In this document: in pieces, positions 1 to 9,011 of the stretch
Numbering within the stretch: the stretch's first letter is position 1
Layout: each line of letters begins with the position of its first letter
Assembly (NCBI RefSeq): GCF_016127575.1
Contig: NZ_CP066018.1
Coordinates: 1,710,001-1,742,000 of the forward strand
Direction: 5' to 3'
Source of the DNA: Cupriavidus necator
GTDB lineage: Bacteria; Pseudomonadota; Gammaproteobacteria; Burkholderiales; Burkholderiaceae
DNA: 32,000 bases
Notes under the pieces: model-generated
What the model was told of the DNA's origin: nothing
The model's database searches: none
Seen by the model: the letters and a program-made list of their open reading frames with translations, nothing else
Position numbers and translations under genes: made by a program

Positions 1-1107
1 GAATGGATGCAGCAGGCCGGCATGACGGTGCGGCGCGACGCCGCCGGCAACGTGATCGGCCGCTATGAGGGCACTTCGCCCGATGCGCCGGCGCTGCTGA
101 CGGGCTCGCACTTCGACACCGTGCGCGACGGCGGCCGCTATGACGGCAACCTCGGCGTGATCCTGCCGATCGCGTGCGTGGCCGAATGGAACCGCCAGGG
201 CAAGCGCTTCCCGTTTGCGATCGAGGTGGTCGGCTTTGCCGAGGAAGAGGGCGTGCGCTTCAAGGCCACGCTGCTGGGCAGCCGCGCCATCGCCGGCACC
301 TTCGACAACAACGTGCTGGACAACGTCGACGACAGCGGCAAGACCATGCGCCAGGTGATGCGCGAGGCCGGTTTCGACGCCGCTGCCTTGCCCGCCGCCA
401 GGCATGACAGCAGCAAGGTCGCGGCCTTCATCGAAGTCCACATCGAACAAGGTCCGGTGCTGCTCAATGAAAACCTGCCGGTGGGCGTGGTGACGGCAAT
501 CTCCGGCGCCACCCGCTTTATCGTCGAGCTCGAAGGCCTGGCCGGCCACGCCGGCACGGTGCCGATGGACATGCGCCGCGACGCCGCCATGGCCGGGGCC
601 GAGATCGGCCTGTATATCGAGAAGCGCTGCGGCGGCAAGCCGGGCCTGGTCGGCACGGTCGGCCAGTTCAACGTGCCCAACGGCGCCGCCAACGTGGTGC
701 CGGGCCGCGCCGTGTTCTCCATCGACATCCGCGCCGGCGCTGACGCCGAGCGCGAGGCCGCCGTCAACGACGTGCTGGCCGAGATCGAGCGCGTGTGCGC
801 GCGCCGCAACGTGCGCACGCAGGTGCGCAAGACCCATGAGGCGAAGAGTGTTCCCTGCGCCCCGTGGCTGCAAGAGCAATGGGCCGCCGCGATTGCCCGC
901 CAGGGCGTGCCGGTGCGCCACCTGCCGTCGGGCGCCGGCCACGACGCCATGGCCATTGCCGCCATCGCCGACGTCGCCATGCTGTTCGTGCGCTGCGGCA
1001 ACGGCGGCATCAGCCACCATCCCACCGAAACCATGACCGCCGAGGACGCCGCCCTGTCCGCGCGCGTGTTCAGCGATTTCGTCGAGCACTTCCGCCTGCC
1101 GCAGTAA
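1..1107 (+). CDS. M20-family amidase, N-carbamoyl-L-amino-acid hydrolase / allantoate amidohydrolase type (5' end lies outside the window)
   Basis: Frame 1 is open from base 1 (Glu-Trp precede the first Met of ORF 7..1107). The translation has the carbamoylase/allantoate-amidohydrolase style blocks DAAGNVIGRYEG, LLTGSHFDTVRDGGRYDGNLGV, GHAGT and SGAGHDA. GC3 is high. Confidence 0.85.
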   Translation, partial: EWMQQAGMTVRRDAAGNVIGRYEGTSPDAPALLTGSHFDTVRDGGRYDGNLGVILPIACVAEWNRQGKRFPFAIEVVGFAEEEGVRFKATLLGSRAIAGTFDNNVLDNVDDSGKTMRQVMREAGFDAAALPAARHDSSKVAAFIEVHIEQGPVLLNENLPVGVVTAISGATRFIVELEGLAGHAGTVPMDMRRDAAMAGAEIGLYIEKRCGGKPGLVGTVGQFNVPNGAANVVPGRAVFSIDIRAGADAEREAAVNDVLAEIERVCARRNVRTQVRKTHEAKSVPCAPWLQEQWAAAIARQGVPVRHLPSGAGHDAMAIAAIADVAMLFVRCGNGGISHHPTETMTAEDAALSARVFSDFVEHFRLPQ

Positions 1108-1164
1108 GCCAGCGCAGATTCCCCGGAACCCACCCGAACCCCTCCGTAGTTGAGAGAACAAGTC

Positions 1165-2433
1165 ATGACCGCACGAGACAATATGAACCCCACTGAAACC
1201 ACGCTGACGCAGTTCATCGACCAGCACCGTCCGGAACAGGAAGCTTTCCTGGCCGAACTGGTCAAGGTGCCCTCGGACAACCCCGCAGGCGACTGCGACG
1301 CCCATGGCAAGCGCGCCAAGGAACTGCTGGAGGGCCTGGGCTTCACGGTGGAGGCGCACAAGGTGCCGGACGAGCTGGTGAAGGCAGCCGGCATGATCAG
1401 CGCCACCAACCTGATCGTGCGCAAGCAGTTCGGCACGGGCGGCCCGACCATCGCCATGAACGCCCACGGCGACGTGGTGCCCCCGGGCCTGGGCTGGACC
1501 AAGGACCCGTACGGCGGTGAAGTGGCCGACAGCGAGCACGGCCCGGTCATGTACGGCCGCGGCGTGGCAGTATCCAAATCTGACTTCGCCACCTACACCT
1601 ACGCCGTGCTGGCGCTGATGGAAGCAGAGAAGCAGGGCGCCAGGATCAACGGCGCGGTTGAGCTGCAGTTCACCTATGACGAGGAAACCGGCGGCGACAT
1701 CGGTCCCAAGTTCCTGCTCGACAACAACCTGAGCAAGGCCGACTACGCCATCTCGGCCGGCTTCTCGTACGGCATCACCTCGTCGCACAACGGCTGCCTG
1801 CACGTCGAAGTGACGGTCAAGGGCAAGCAGGGCCACGCCGCCATGCCGCATACGGGCGTGGATGCGATCGAAGCCGCCACCCACATCCTGCAAGCCATCT
1901 ACGGCCTGCGCGCCGAGCTGGCCACGCGCAAGTCGAAGGTGCCGGGCATCGACACCGCCACGCTGAACGTCGGCCTGATCAAGGGCGGCATCAATACCAA
2001 CGTGGTGCCTGACCTGGTGACCTTCCGCGTCGACCGCCGCATGATCCCCGAGGAAATCGGCTTCGACGCCGAAGGCGAGATCCGCGCCGTGGTGGAAAAG
2101 GCCGCCAAGGACCGTCCGGGCATCGAAGTGAAGGTCGAGCGCATCATCCTGGCCGAGCCGCTGTCGGAACTGCCGGGCGTGGAAAAGCTGATCGGCGCGC
2201 TGAAGAGCCGTGCCGAGTCCGTATTCGGCGTGGAGATCCCGGTGCAAGGCGTGCCGCTCTACACCGACGCGCGCCACTACACCAAGCGCGGCATCCCGAC
2301 CGTGCTGTACGGCGCCGGCCCGCGCACGCTGATGGAAGCCCGCGGCCATAACTCGGACGAGAACCTGCGCCTGAACGACCTGAACCGCGCGACCAAGGTG
2401 GTGGCGCTGGCGCTGTCGGACCTGATGAAGTAA
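1165..2433 (+). CDS. M20-family ArgE/DapE/CPG2-type deacylase or peptidase
   Basis: ORF 1150..2433. The first ATG is at 1165, after a purine-rich gagaga; the TTG at 1150 abuts the preceding stop. M20 metal-site blocks are present: NAHGDVVPPG, YGRGVAVSKSD, DEETGG. Followed by the terminator at 2482. Confidence 0.85.
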   Translation: MTARDNMNPTETTLTQFIDQHRPEQEAFLAELVKVPSDNPAGDCDAHGKRAKELLEGLGFTVEAHKVPDELVKAAGMISATNLIVRKQFGTGGPTIAMNAHGDVVPPGLGWTKDPYGGEVADSEHGPVMYGRGVAVSKSDFATYTYAVLALMEAEKQGARINGAVELQFTYDEETGGDIGPKFLLDNNLSKADYAISAGFSYGITSSHNGCLHVEVTVKGKQGHAAMPHTGVDAIEAATHILQAIYGLRAELATRKSKVPGIDTATLNVGLIKGGINTNVVPDLVTFRVDRRMIPEEIGFDAEGEIRAVVEKAAKDRPGIEVKVERIILAEPLSELPGVEKLIGALKSRAESVFGVEIPVQGVPLYTDARHYTKRGIPTVLYGAGPRTLMEARGHNSDENLRLNDLNRATKVVALALSDLMK

Positions 2434-2481
2434 GTCATTTCGATTGAGCCGGACCGCCAACAGGCGGTCGGCCAACGCAAA

Positions 2482-2516
2482 AGCGCCACGGAGACCCCGT
2501 GGCGCTTTGCTTTCTT
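2482..2516 (+). terminator. Rho-independent terminator after the M20 deacylase
   Basis: Perfect 10-bp stem AGCGCCACGG / CCGTGGCGCT (2482-2491 and 2497-2506) with loop agacc, followed by ttgctttctt. A weaker hairpin lies just upstream at about 2448-2472. Confidence 0.6.
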
Positions 2517-2520
2517 GTTC

Positions 2521-2805
2521 TCAAGCTTTCCGCAATATCGCGGCACACCACGCGGCGGACTCTGCTTCCACCTGCTCATTCGGAATGCCGATGCCGGCAC
2601 GCATCGAAGCCCTGCCTTCCTCAATCATCTGCTGGAAAAGGACCTCCTCGTCGCGTGCCTGCCTGCGCCGCGCCAGATACTCGCGCACCAGCGCCTCAGC
2701 AACCTGCGAGGTGGTAAGGCCCTCAGCCGCGGCCTCGGCTATGAATGCGTCACGCAATTGCGGGTTCAGCGTGAGAATGAACGGGGCTTCTTCCGACACC
2801 AGCAT
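2521..2805 (-). CDS. Ribbon-helix-helix (CopG/ParD-like) antitoxin-like DNA-binding protein, with no adjacent toxin gene
   Basis: Minus-strand ORF 2521..2856. The internal ATG at 2805 is preceded by AAGGAC about 8 nt upstream. The N-terminus FILTLNPQLRDAFIAEAAAEGLTTSQVAEALVREYL fits a beta-strand plus two-helix RHH fold. The C-terminus MIEEGRASMRAGIGIPNEQVEAE resembles the partner-binding tail of RHH antitoxins (from memory of the family). Confidence 0.65.
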   Translation of the reverse strand: MLVSEEAPFILTLNPQLRDAFIAEAAAEGLTTSQVAEALVREYLARRRQARDEEVLFQQMIEEGRASMRAGIGIPNEQVEAESAAWCAAILRKA

Positions 2806-2902
2806 GTCCAATGTCCTTGTAATGACGAAGTATACGCATTGTCGATACCAGGGCACCTGCGCGACTATGGGACACGTCTGAACTTGCCGCGGCCGATTCC
2901 TC

Positions 2903-3484
2903 CTACGCCGGCAGCGTCGTCGCCCCCACCCCCAGCACCCGCTGCATCAGCACCGTATCGATCCATTGCCCGTGCTTGAACCCCACCGCCTCCAGCCGGC
3001 CGACGGTGCGGAAGCCCAGGCGCTCATGCACGGCCAGCGAACCGGCGCCTTCGCCGCCGGCGGTGCAGGCGATCACGGCGACCATCTGGCGCCAGGGACC
3101 GGTCTCGCAGCGGGCGACCAGTTCGGCCAGCAGGGCCTGGCCCAGGCCCTCGCCGACGCGGCGGTGGTCGATATAGATCGAATCCTCGATGGCGAAGCGG
3201 TAGGCGCTGCGCGCGCGGTAGGACGATGCATAGGCATAGCCCAGCACCTCGCCGTCGCGCACGGCGACCAGGTAGGGCAGGCCCTTGCGGTGGACTTCGG
3301 CAAAACGCAGCTGCATCTCGTCCAGGCTCGGCGGCGTTTCCTCGAACGAGGCGCGGCCGTGCAGCACATGGTGCGCGTAGATGGCGTGGATGGCAGGAAC
3401 GTCGGCGGGTGTGGCGTCGCGCAGGGTGAAGGGTTTGCGCGTGCCGGCGGACGGCGTCGTGGCGGAAACGGTAGTGGAAGTCAT
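2903..3484 (-). CDS. GNAT N-acetyltransferase, phosphinothricin / methionine-sulfoximine acetyltransferase (PAT) type
   Basis: Only the C-terminal 193 codons of ORF 2903..4087 look real; the ATG is at 3484 (MTSTTVS). PAT-like blocks: IRDATPADVPAIHAIY, ASFEETPPS, YRFAIEDSIYIDHRRVGEGLGQALL, GFKHGQWIDTVLMQ. The upstream part of the ORF is Arg/Gly-rich and overlaps arsC antisense. Confidence 0.85.
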   Translation of the reverse strand: MTSTTVSATTPSAGTRKPFTLRDATPADVPAIHAIYAHHVLHGRASFEETPPSLDEMQLRFAEVHRKGLPYLVAVRDGEVLGYAYASSYRARSAYRFAIEDSIYIDHRRVGEGLGQALLAELVARCETGPWRQMVAVIACTAGGEGAGSLAVHERLGFRTVGRLEAVGFKHGQWIDTVLMQRVLGVGATTLPA

Positions 3485-3658
3485 CGGGAATGGCGCCCTA
3501 TGCAAGGACTTGGGGCAACGCAGGATGCGTGCCGGCCACTTGCACCAGCGTGATGCTGCGCGAGGGCCGGTGTCTTGTATATAGTGCGGATTGATTTGCA
3601 CCGCATTAGTGCCAACGCCCCGGGGCGGGGCACGGCAACGACAAGAAAGGACCCTGCC

Positions 3659-4018
3659 ATGATCACCATCTACCACAACCCCCGCTGCTCCAAGTCGCGC
3701 GAAACGCTCGCCCTGGTCCAGGCCGCCAGCGAGCGGCTGGGCGAACCGGTGGAAATCGTGGAATACCTGAAAGAGCCGCCGTCGCTGGCCACGCTGCGCC
3801 AGTTGCACACCATGCTGGGCGTGCCGGTGCGCGAGATGCTGCGCGACAACGAAGCGCCGTACGCCGATCTGGGCCTGGCCGATCCTGGCCTGACCGAGGC
3901 CGAGCTGCTGGCCGCCGTGGCCGACAACCCGATCCTGCTGCAGCGTCCGGTGGTGGTGCGCAACCGCCGCGCCGCGATCGGCCGGCCGCCCGAGAACGTG
4001 GCGCCGCTGCTGGCCTGA
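3659..4018 (+). CDS. arsC: Arsenate reductase, glutaredoxin-coupled ArsC family
   Basis: The ATG at 3659 follows aagaaagga. The N-terminus MITIYHNPRCSKSRETL carries the catalytic Cys in the HNPxCxxSR context. Arg residues lie in the LRDNE, LLQRPVV and IGRPPE contexts, as in R773-type ArsC. No arsR or arsB is adjacent. Confidence 0.85.
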   Translation: MITIYHNPRCSKSRETLALVQAASERLGEPVEIVEYLKEPPSLATLRQLHTMLGVPVREMLRDNEAPYADLGLADPGLTEAELLAAVADNPILLQRPVVVRNRRAAIGRPPENVAPLLA

Positions 4019-4038
4019 GCCAGCCCATGCACGGCACC

Positions 4039-4071
4039 AAATAAAACCGGCCCCCACGTGGTGGGGGCCGG
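4039..4071 (-). terminator. Rho-independent terminator (best read on the minus strand; the hairpin may also stop arsC)
   Basis: The 11-bp stem CCGGCCCCCAC / GTGGGGGCCGG (4047-4057 and 4061-4071) reads on the minus strand as a hairpin followed by TTTTATTT. It sits between the convergent arsC and the small membrane-protein gene. Confidence 0.65.
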
Positions 4072-4106
4072 CCGGTGCTTGAGGCAAACAGCTTCAGGCG
4101 GGTCGT

Positions 4107-4334
4107 CTAATGAACACCCAGCCAGTGCATGGCCTCCTGACCGAAAGCGATGGCCGCCAGTACGACCAGTAGCACCACCAGCGTCACCGTGCTGACGTAT
4201 AGCGTGGCCTTGGCGACTTCGGCGTCCTCATCCGAGGTGTGGCGATGGGTGATAGGCGTGGCGCCCCGCGTGGCATGCGGCCAATGGATCCGGCCGGCCA
4301 GGTCTCTCAAGTGCAGGTCGGTATGAAAACGCAT
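4107..4334 (-). CDS. Small (75 aa) His-rich protein with a single C-terminal transmembrane helix, unknown function
   Basis: The ATG at 4334 has GGAGG 8 nt upstream, and there is a good terminator downstream. Codons are mostly G/C-ending. The sequence is MRFHTDLHLRDLAGRIHWPHATRGATPITHRHTSDEDAE followed by the hydrophobic stretch LYVSTVTLVVLLVVLAAIAF. Confidence 0.6.
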   Translation of the reverse strand: MRFHTDLHLRDLAGRIHWPHATRGATPITHRHTSDEDAEVAKATLYVSTVTLVVLLVVLAAIAFGQEAMHWLGVH

Positions 4335-4541
4335 GATCGACACCTCCTCGGCAGGCGCCGCGCGATCCGGGCAACATGGCTCAAACGGCATATGGCGTGG
4401 CTGCGCAAGTGCGCCGGATAGTCTGTGGCTCGTTTCGCCCGGTACGCCATATCCGCTTCTACTATAGGCGCGCTGGCGTGGGATGCGAACGCAAAGCCTG
4501 CAAGGGGCATGCCGCCTTGGCTGCCGCGGCGCAGCAACCGT

Positions 4542-5198
4542 TCAGGGCTGCTCGGACGAAGGTGAGGGCTCGCTAGCGTCCGCTGCGACATCGGACGCCA
4601 GGCTGGCCAGTGCGGCCTCGCGCTCACGCAGCGTAGCGAGCATGTTGCAGAACAGCGCACCCTGTTCGAGCGCATCGTCCAGCGCCACATGGGTGTGCGG
4701 CAGCGGATCCATCCAGGCGGCCGGGAAGGCCGCCTTGACGGTCTTGCGGTAGGGGCGCCCGGTCAGCGCAAAGCCCAGCGTCTTGATGTCGAGGGCGGCC
4801 CAGCCAAAGGGCGAGCGCCCGGCGAACCGCATCATGTACCAGAACATCCAGGTGAAATCGAAGCCGGCCGGAAAGGCCACGAAGACCGGCTTGCCGGGCA
4901 GGCTCTCGACCCATTCGACATAGCGGACCATGGCGTCCTCGGGGCGCTGCAGGTCGCGCCGGCAGGCGCTCCAGGCTTCGGGCTGGGTTTGCCACCACTG
5001 CATCTGCACCGGGTGGCCGGCGGCGCCGGGCAGGGTCTCGAGGTTGGCGGAGAACGTGCCCACCACGGTCTTGTCCGCCAGCATTGCCGCGGACGCGAAC
5101 GACAGCATCGAATGCGGGCCCGGGATCGGGCCGTCGGCTTCCACGTCGGTGCTGACGTAGATCTCCGGGCGGGTGTCGGGCACCTGTCGCTTGGCCAC
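4542..5198 (-). CDS. DEDDh-type 3'-5' exonuclease domain protein
   Basis: Exo motifs are visible: STDVEADG (Exo I), FDFTWM (Exo II), HTHVALDDA (Exo III, His type). It starts 4 nt after the upstream MBL hydrolase stop, so the two are probably co-transcribed. Confidence 0.75.
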   Translation of the reverse strand: MAKRQVPDTRPEIYVSTDVEADGPIPGPHSMLSFASAAMLADKTVVGTFSANLETLPGAAGHPVQMQWWQTQPEAWSACRRDLQRPEDAMVRYVEWVESLPGKPVFVAFPAGFDFTWMFWYMMRFAGRSPFGWAALDIKTLGFALTGRPYRKTVKAAFPAAWMDPLPHTHVALDDALEQGALFCNMLATLREREAALASLASDVAADASEPSPSSEQP

Positions 5199-5202
5199 GG
5201 CC

Positions 5203-5853
5203 TCAGCCCACGTCGGTCAGGTGATCGGCCACGAACGGGTTGTTGCGGCGTTCCACGCCGAAGGTGGAGACCGGGCCGTGCCCGGGAATGAAAGTCACGT
5301 CCTCGCCCAGCGGCCACAGCCGCGTGCGGATCGAGCGGATCAGATCGGCATGGTTGCCGCGCGGGAGGTCGGTGCGGCCGATCGAGCCGGCGAACAGCAC
5401 GTCGCCCACCACCGCCAGCCGGTTGGCGCGCGAGAAGAACACCACGTGGCCGGGCGTGTGGCCGGGGCAGTGGTAGACCTCCAGCGTCTCGTTGCCGAAC
5501 TGCACGGTGTCGCCGTTCTCCAGCCAGCGGTCTGGCTCGAAGCTCTCGGCGTGGCCGAAGCCGAAGCGGCGCGTCTGCTCGGGCAGCTGCTCGATCCAGA
5601 AGCGCTCGTCCTGCTGCGGACCTTCGATGGGGATATCCAGCTCGCGCGCGAGCGCTGCGGCGCCGGCGCAGTGATCGACATGGCCATGCGTCAGGAAGAT
5701 CTTTTCCAGCGTGACGCCTTGCTCCCTGACCGCCTCACGGATGCGATCCAGGTCGCCGCCGGGATCGCAGACCGCGGCGCGGCCGGTGCTTTCATCGATC
5801 AGCAGCGAACAGTTTTGCTGGAAGGGCGTGACGGGAATGAGCAGGGCTTTCAT
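5203..5853 (-). CDS. MBL-fold hydrolase, YcbL/GloC-like glyoxalase II family
   Basis: The real start is the ATG at 5853 ([18 protein letters not shown]). The metallo-beta-lactamase motif [16 protein letters not shown] and GHGP are present. By recall, it is collinear with E. coli YcbL over nearly its whole length. Confidence 0.85.
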   Translation of the reverse strand: MKALLIPVTPFQQNCSLLIDESTGRAAVCDPGGDLDRIREAVREQGVTLEKIFLTHGHVDHCAGAAALARELDIPIEGPQQDERFWIEQLPEQTRRFGFGHAESFEPDRWLENGDTVQFGNETLEVYHCPGHTPGHVVFFSRANRLAVVGDVLFAGSIGRTDLPRGNHADLIRSIRTRLWPLGEDVTFIPGHGPVSTFGVERRNNPFVADHLTDVG

Positions 5854-6134
5854 GGACGATATCTTGTGCGCCGGGCGCCTTCTGGCCGGGCGCCACGGAG
5901 TGGCCCGCACGGACGGCGGGCGGTGCCCAGCATTGTAGCGCCGGGCGGCGATTCCCCGCCCGCGATGCAAGTCGTGTGCTTTATGCATTACCCGCGCGAA
6001 AGCCCCGTCTCGGGCGGGAATCCCTTGCCACAAGCGGGATTCCGGGCAGATAGGTCATGATCGTGCGAAATCGCACAGATTTCGTAACAAAATGAAAGAG
6101 ATAGTCGTAAAGAGTCAATGTTAGACTGCCGCCC

Positions 6135-6905
6135 ATGTTACGGATCTCCGCTCTCGTTAAGCGCTGGCAACGGCTGGCCAAGCTCGGCGCATGCACCGCA
6201 TGTGCCGTGGTGCTGGCCGCCTGTGCCACGCCCCCTGAAGGCGACAACGCAAGCAACGACAACGCTGGCGCCGTGCCCACGCGCGCGGCAAAGAACGGCA
6301 AGGCCGGCAAGACCGATCGCACCGACGCAGACAACAAGTCCGCGCGCGCCTCGGGCGGCGGCAGCTGGAACCTGTTCGGCTATGACGCGGACGATGGCCG
6401 CAGCGGCAGCTCGCTGGACGGCCTGCGCGCCGACATCGGCACGTTCGAGCAGCGCGGCGTTTCGTCCTGGTACGGCAAGGGCTTCCATGGCCGCAAGACC
6501 GCCAACGGCGAACGCTTCGACATGCGCGCCATGACCGCCGCCCATCCGACGCTGCCGCTCGACAGCTGGGTGCTGGTGCGCAACCTGCGCAACAACAAGG
6601 TTGCAGTGCTGCGCATCAATGACCGCGGGCCATACCACGGCAACCGCGTGCTGGACGTGTCCTACGGCGCCGCGCGCCGCCTGGGCTTCGTCGAACGCGG
6701 CGCCACCAACGTCGAAATCCGCCGCCTGACGCGCACCGAAGTGGCCGCGCTGGGTCCGCAGATCGATGCCGGCGGCACCGAGGCCGGCGACGGCAGCGGC
6801 GACGACGACGTATCCGTGCCGGAACTGGCCAACTCGCTGGCGCCCGCCAAGGCGCGCAAGTCGACCAAGGCCGGCGGCAAGACCGTCAAGCGCACACGGC
6901 GCTGA
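6135..6905 (+). CDS. rlpA: RlpA-like lipoprotein (double-psi beta-barrel domain), lacking an obvious SPOR domain
   Basis: Signal peptide with lipobox VLAAC. DPBB block: GVSSWYGKGFHGRKTANGERFDMRAMTAAHPTLPLDSWVLVRNLRNNKVAVLRINDRGPY. The C-terminus is a low-complexity acidic then Lys/Arg-rich tail. Confidence 0.85.
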   Translation: MLRISALVKRWQRLAKLGACTACAVVLAACATPPEGDNASNDNAGAVPTRAAKNGKAGKTDRTDADNKSARASGGGSWNLFGYDADDGRSGSSLDGLRADIGTFEQRGVSSWYGKGFHGRKTANGERFDMRAMTAAHPTLPLDSWVLVRNLRNNKVAVLRINDRGPYHGNRVLDVSYGAARRLGFVERGATNVEIRRLTRTEVAALGPQIDAGGTEAGDGSGDDDVSVPELANSLAPAKARKSTKAGGKTVKRTRR

Positions 6906-6992
6906 CCAGGGCAGCGCCGCCGCATGCCGCCGCGCGCTGACACCTCTGCTTTACCTTCCTCCTCCCGATCCCGGGATCACGCGCGCACCGCG

Positions 6993-7901
6993 TCAGTCCT
7001 CTGCCTGCCCCGCGCGCTGCGCCAGCGCCAGCTGGTAGAGCGCATCGGTGCCGGCGCCGGTGATGGCGGCCGCCAGCTTGGCGGCGCGCTTGGCCGGCAG
7101 TTCCGCCAGCAGCAGCGCCAGCACGCGCTGGGCCTCGGCATCCGGCAAGCCATCCGCGGCAGTTGCGGCGCCAGCGCCTTCCACCACCAGCACGAATTCC
7201 CCCTTGGCCCGGTTCGGGTCGGCGGCCAGCCAGGCCGGCGCCTGCGCCACGGGCAGCACGGCGATGTCCTCGAACAGCTTGGTCAGTTCACGCCCGACCA
7301 GCAGCCGGCGCTCGCCTGGCAGGCCCGCGGCCAGCGCTGCCAGCGTGTCGGCAATGCGGTGCGGCGCCTCGTAGCAGACCCAGGCGTGGTCCAGCGCCGC
7401 CAGCCGGGCGATGGCCTCGGTGCGCGCCTTGGGCTTGCTGGGCAGGAAGCCGACAAAGGTGAAGCGGCCTTCGCCGGCATCGAGCATGTCGCCCGCCACC
7501 GACAGCGCGGCCACCGCGGCACTGGGGCCGGGCAGTGGCACCACCGGATGGCCGGCGGCGCGCACCGCCTCGACCAGGCGCGCACCCGGGTCGGAGATGC
7601 CCGGCGTGCCGGCGTCGGAGACGTAGGCGATGCGCTCGCCGGCCGCCAGGCGCGCCGCGATGCGGCCCGCGGCCTCGCGCTCGTTGTGCTCGTGCACGGC
7701 CACCAGCGGCCGCTGCAGGCCCACGCGCGACAGCAGCTGGCCGGTATTGCGGGTGTCTTCGCAGGCCACGGCGTCGGCCAGGCCGAGCACATGCAGCGCG
7801 CGCAGCGACAGGTCGGCGACGTTGCCGATGGGCGTGGCCACGACATAAAGGGTGCCGGCCGGGTAGGACTGGCTGGCCGCCAGGGAGATCCAGTCACTCA
7901 T
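6993..7901 (-). CDS. rsmI: 16S rRNA (cytidine1402-2'-O)-methyltransferase
   Basis: Full-length ORF with tetrapyrrole-methylase-fold blocks LYVVATPIGNVADLSLRAL, CEDTRNTGQLL and SDAGTPGISDPG. Positioned divergently from yraN, as in enterobacteria. Confidence 0.9.
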   Translation of the reverse strand: MSDWISLAASQSYPAGTLYVVATPIGNVADLSLRALHVLGLADAVACEDTRNTGQLLSRVGLQRPLVAVHEHNEREAAGRIAARLAAGERIAYVSDAGTPGISDPGARLVEAVRAAGHPVVPLPGPSAAVAALSVAGDMLDAGEGRFTFVGFLPSKPKARTEAIARLAALDHAWVCYEAPHRIADTLAALAAGLPGERRLLVGRELTKLFEDIAVLPVAQAPAWLAADPNRAKGEFVLVVEGAGAATAADGLPDAEAQRVLALLLAELPAKRAAKLAAAITGAGTDALYQLALAQRAGQAED

Positions 7902-7919
7902 GCTTGAGAACTTCCGTTG

Positions 7920-8315
7920 ATGCCATCATTCAAATCCACCACGCAGTTGCAAAACACACAGCTACGCGGTGCGCAGGCGGAGGACCGGGCCCTGGCACAC
8001 CTGCGGCGCCAGGGCCTTGAGCCCGTGGTGCGCAATTATCGCTGCAAAGGCGGCGAGATCGATCTGGTCATGCGCGCGCCGGACGGCACGCTGGTGTTCG
8101 TTGAGGTGCGCCAGCGCAGCGGCCGGGGCTTCGGCGGCGCGGCCGCCAGCGTCACGCCGGCCAAGCAGCGGCGCGTGCTGCTGGCAGCAGCGCACTACCT
8201 GGCCACGCTGGCGCAGGTGCCGCCGTGCCGCTTCGACGTGGTGGCCCTGGAACCCGGCCGGCTGGACTGGCTGCAGCATGCCTTTGACCAGGATGCCGCC
8301 GGGGCTGGTTCATAA
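7920..8315 (+). CDS. yraN: YraN family (UPF0102) endonuclease-like protein
   Basis: ATG at 7920 (a TTG at 7917 is also in frame). Family blocks: GAQAEDRALAHL, YRCKGGEIDLVM, FVEVRQR, RFDVVAL. Confidence 0.85.
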   Translation: MPSFKSTTQLQNTQLRGAQAEDRALAHLRRQGLEPVVRNYRCKGGEIDLVMRAPDGTLVFVEVRQRSGRGFGGAAASVTPAKQRRVLLAAAHYLATLAQVPPCRFDVVALEPGRLDWLQHAFDQDAAGAGS

Positions 8316-8332
8316 TGCGCGGCAGACCCTAA

Positions 8333-8965
<633 letters not shown>

Positions 8966-9011
8966 TGCTGCCTTCCTCCCATTCCCAACATCCAGCCACA
9001 GCAAGGACCGC

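Noticed and set aside
138-1592. Long antisense or out-of-frame ORFs in the supplied track. Examples: 138..1592(-), 8408..9262(-), 8664..9878(-), 9644..11542(-), 10102..11550(+), 13119..14942(-), 16048..17115(-), 17695..18882(-), 19024..20058(-), 22932..23981(-), 27725..29203(-), 29306..30442(-), 29398..30642(+).
   Set aside because: Each overlaps a gene with clear family signatures on the other strand or in another frame. Their translations are Arg/Ala/Gly/Pro-rich low-complexity strings with no motifs. This is the expected by-product of stop-codon scarcity in very GC-rich DNA.
2521-3484. GNAT-toxin / RHH-antitoxin type II TA module.
   Set aside because: The gene order is reversed relative to known GNAT-RHH modules. 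There is a 97-nt gap, and the RHH gene has a separate RBS. The GNAT shows phosphinothricin/MSO-acetyltransferase blocks rather than TacT/AtaT-like features. I kept it only as a low-interest finding because it is cheap to test.
3485-4087. N-terminal 201 codons of ORF 2903..4087(-), which would triple the size of the GNAT.
   Set aside because: The extension is Arg/Gly-rich, runs antisense through arsC and the arsC terminator, and has no GNAT-related content. The ATG at 3484 gives a normal 193-aa PAT-type protein.
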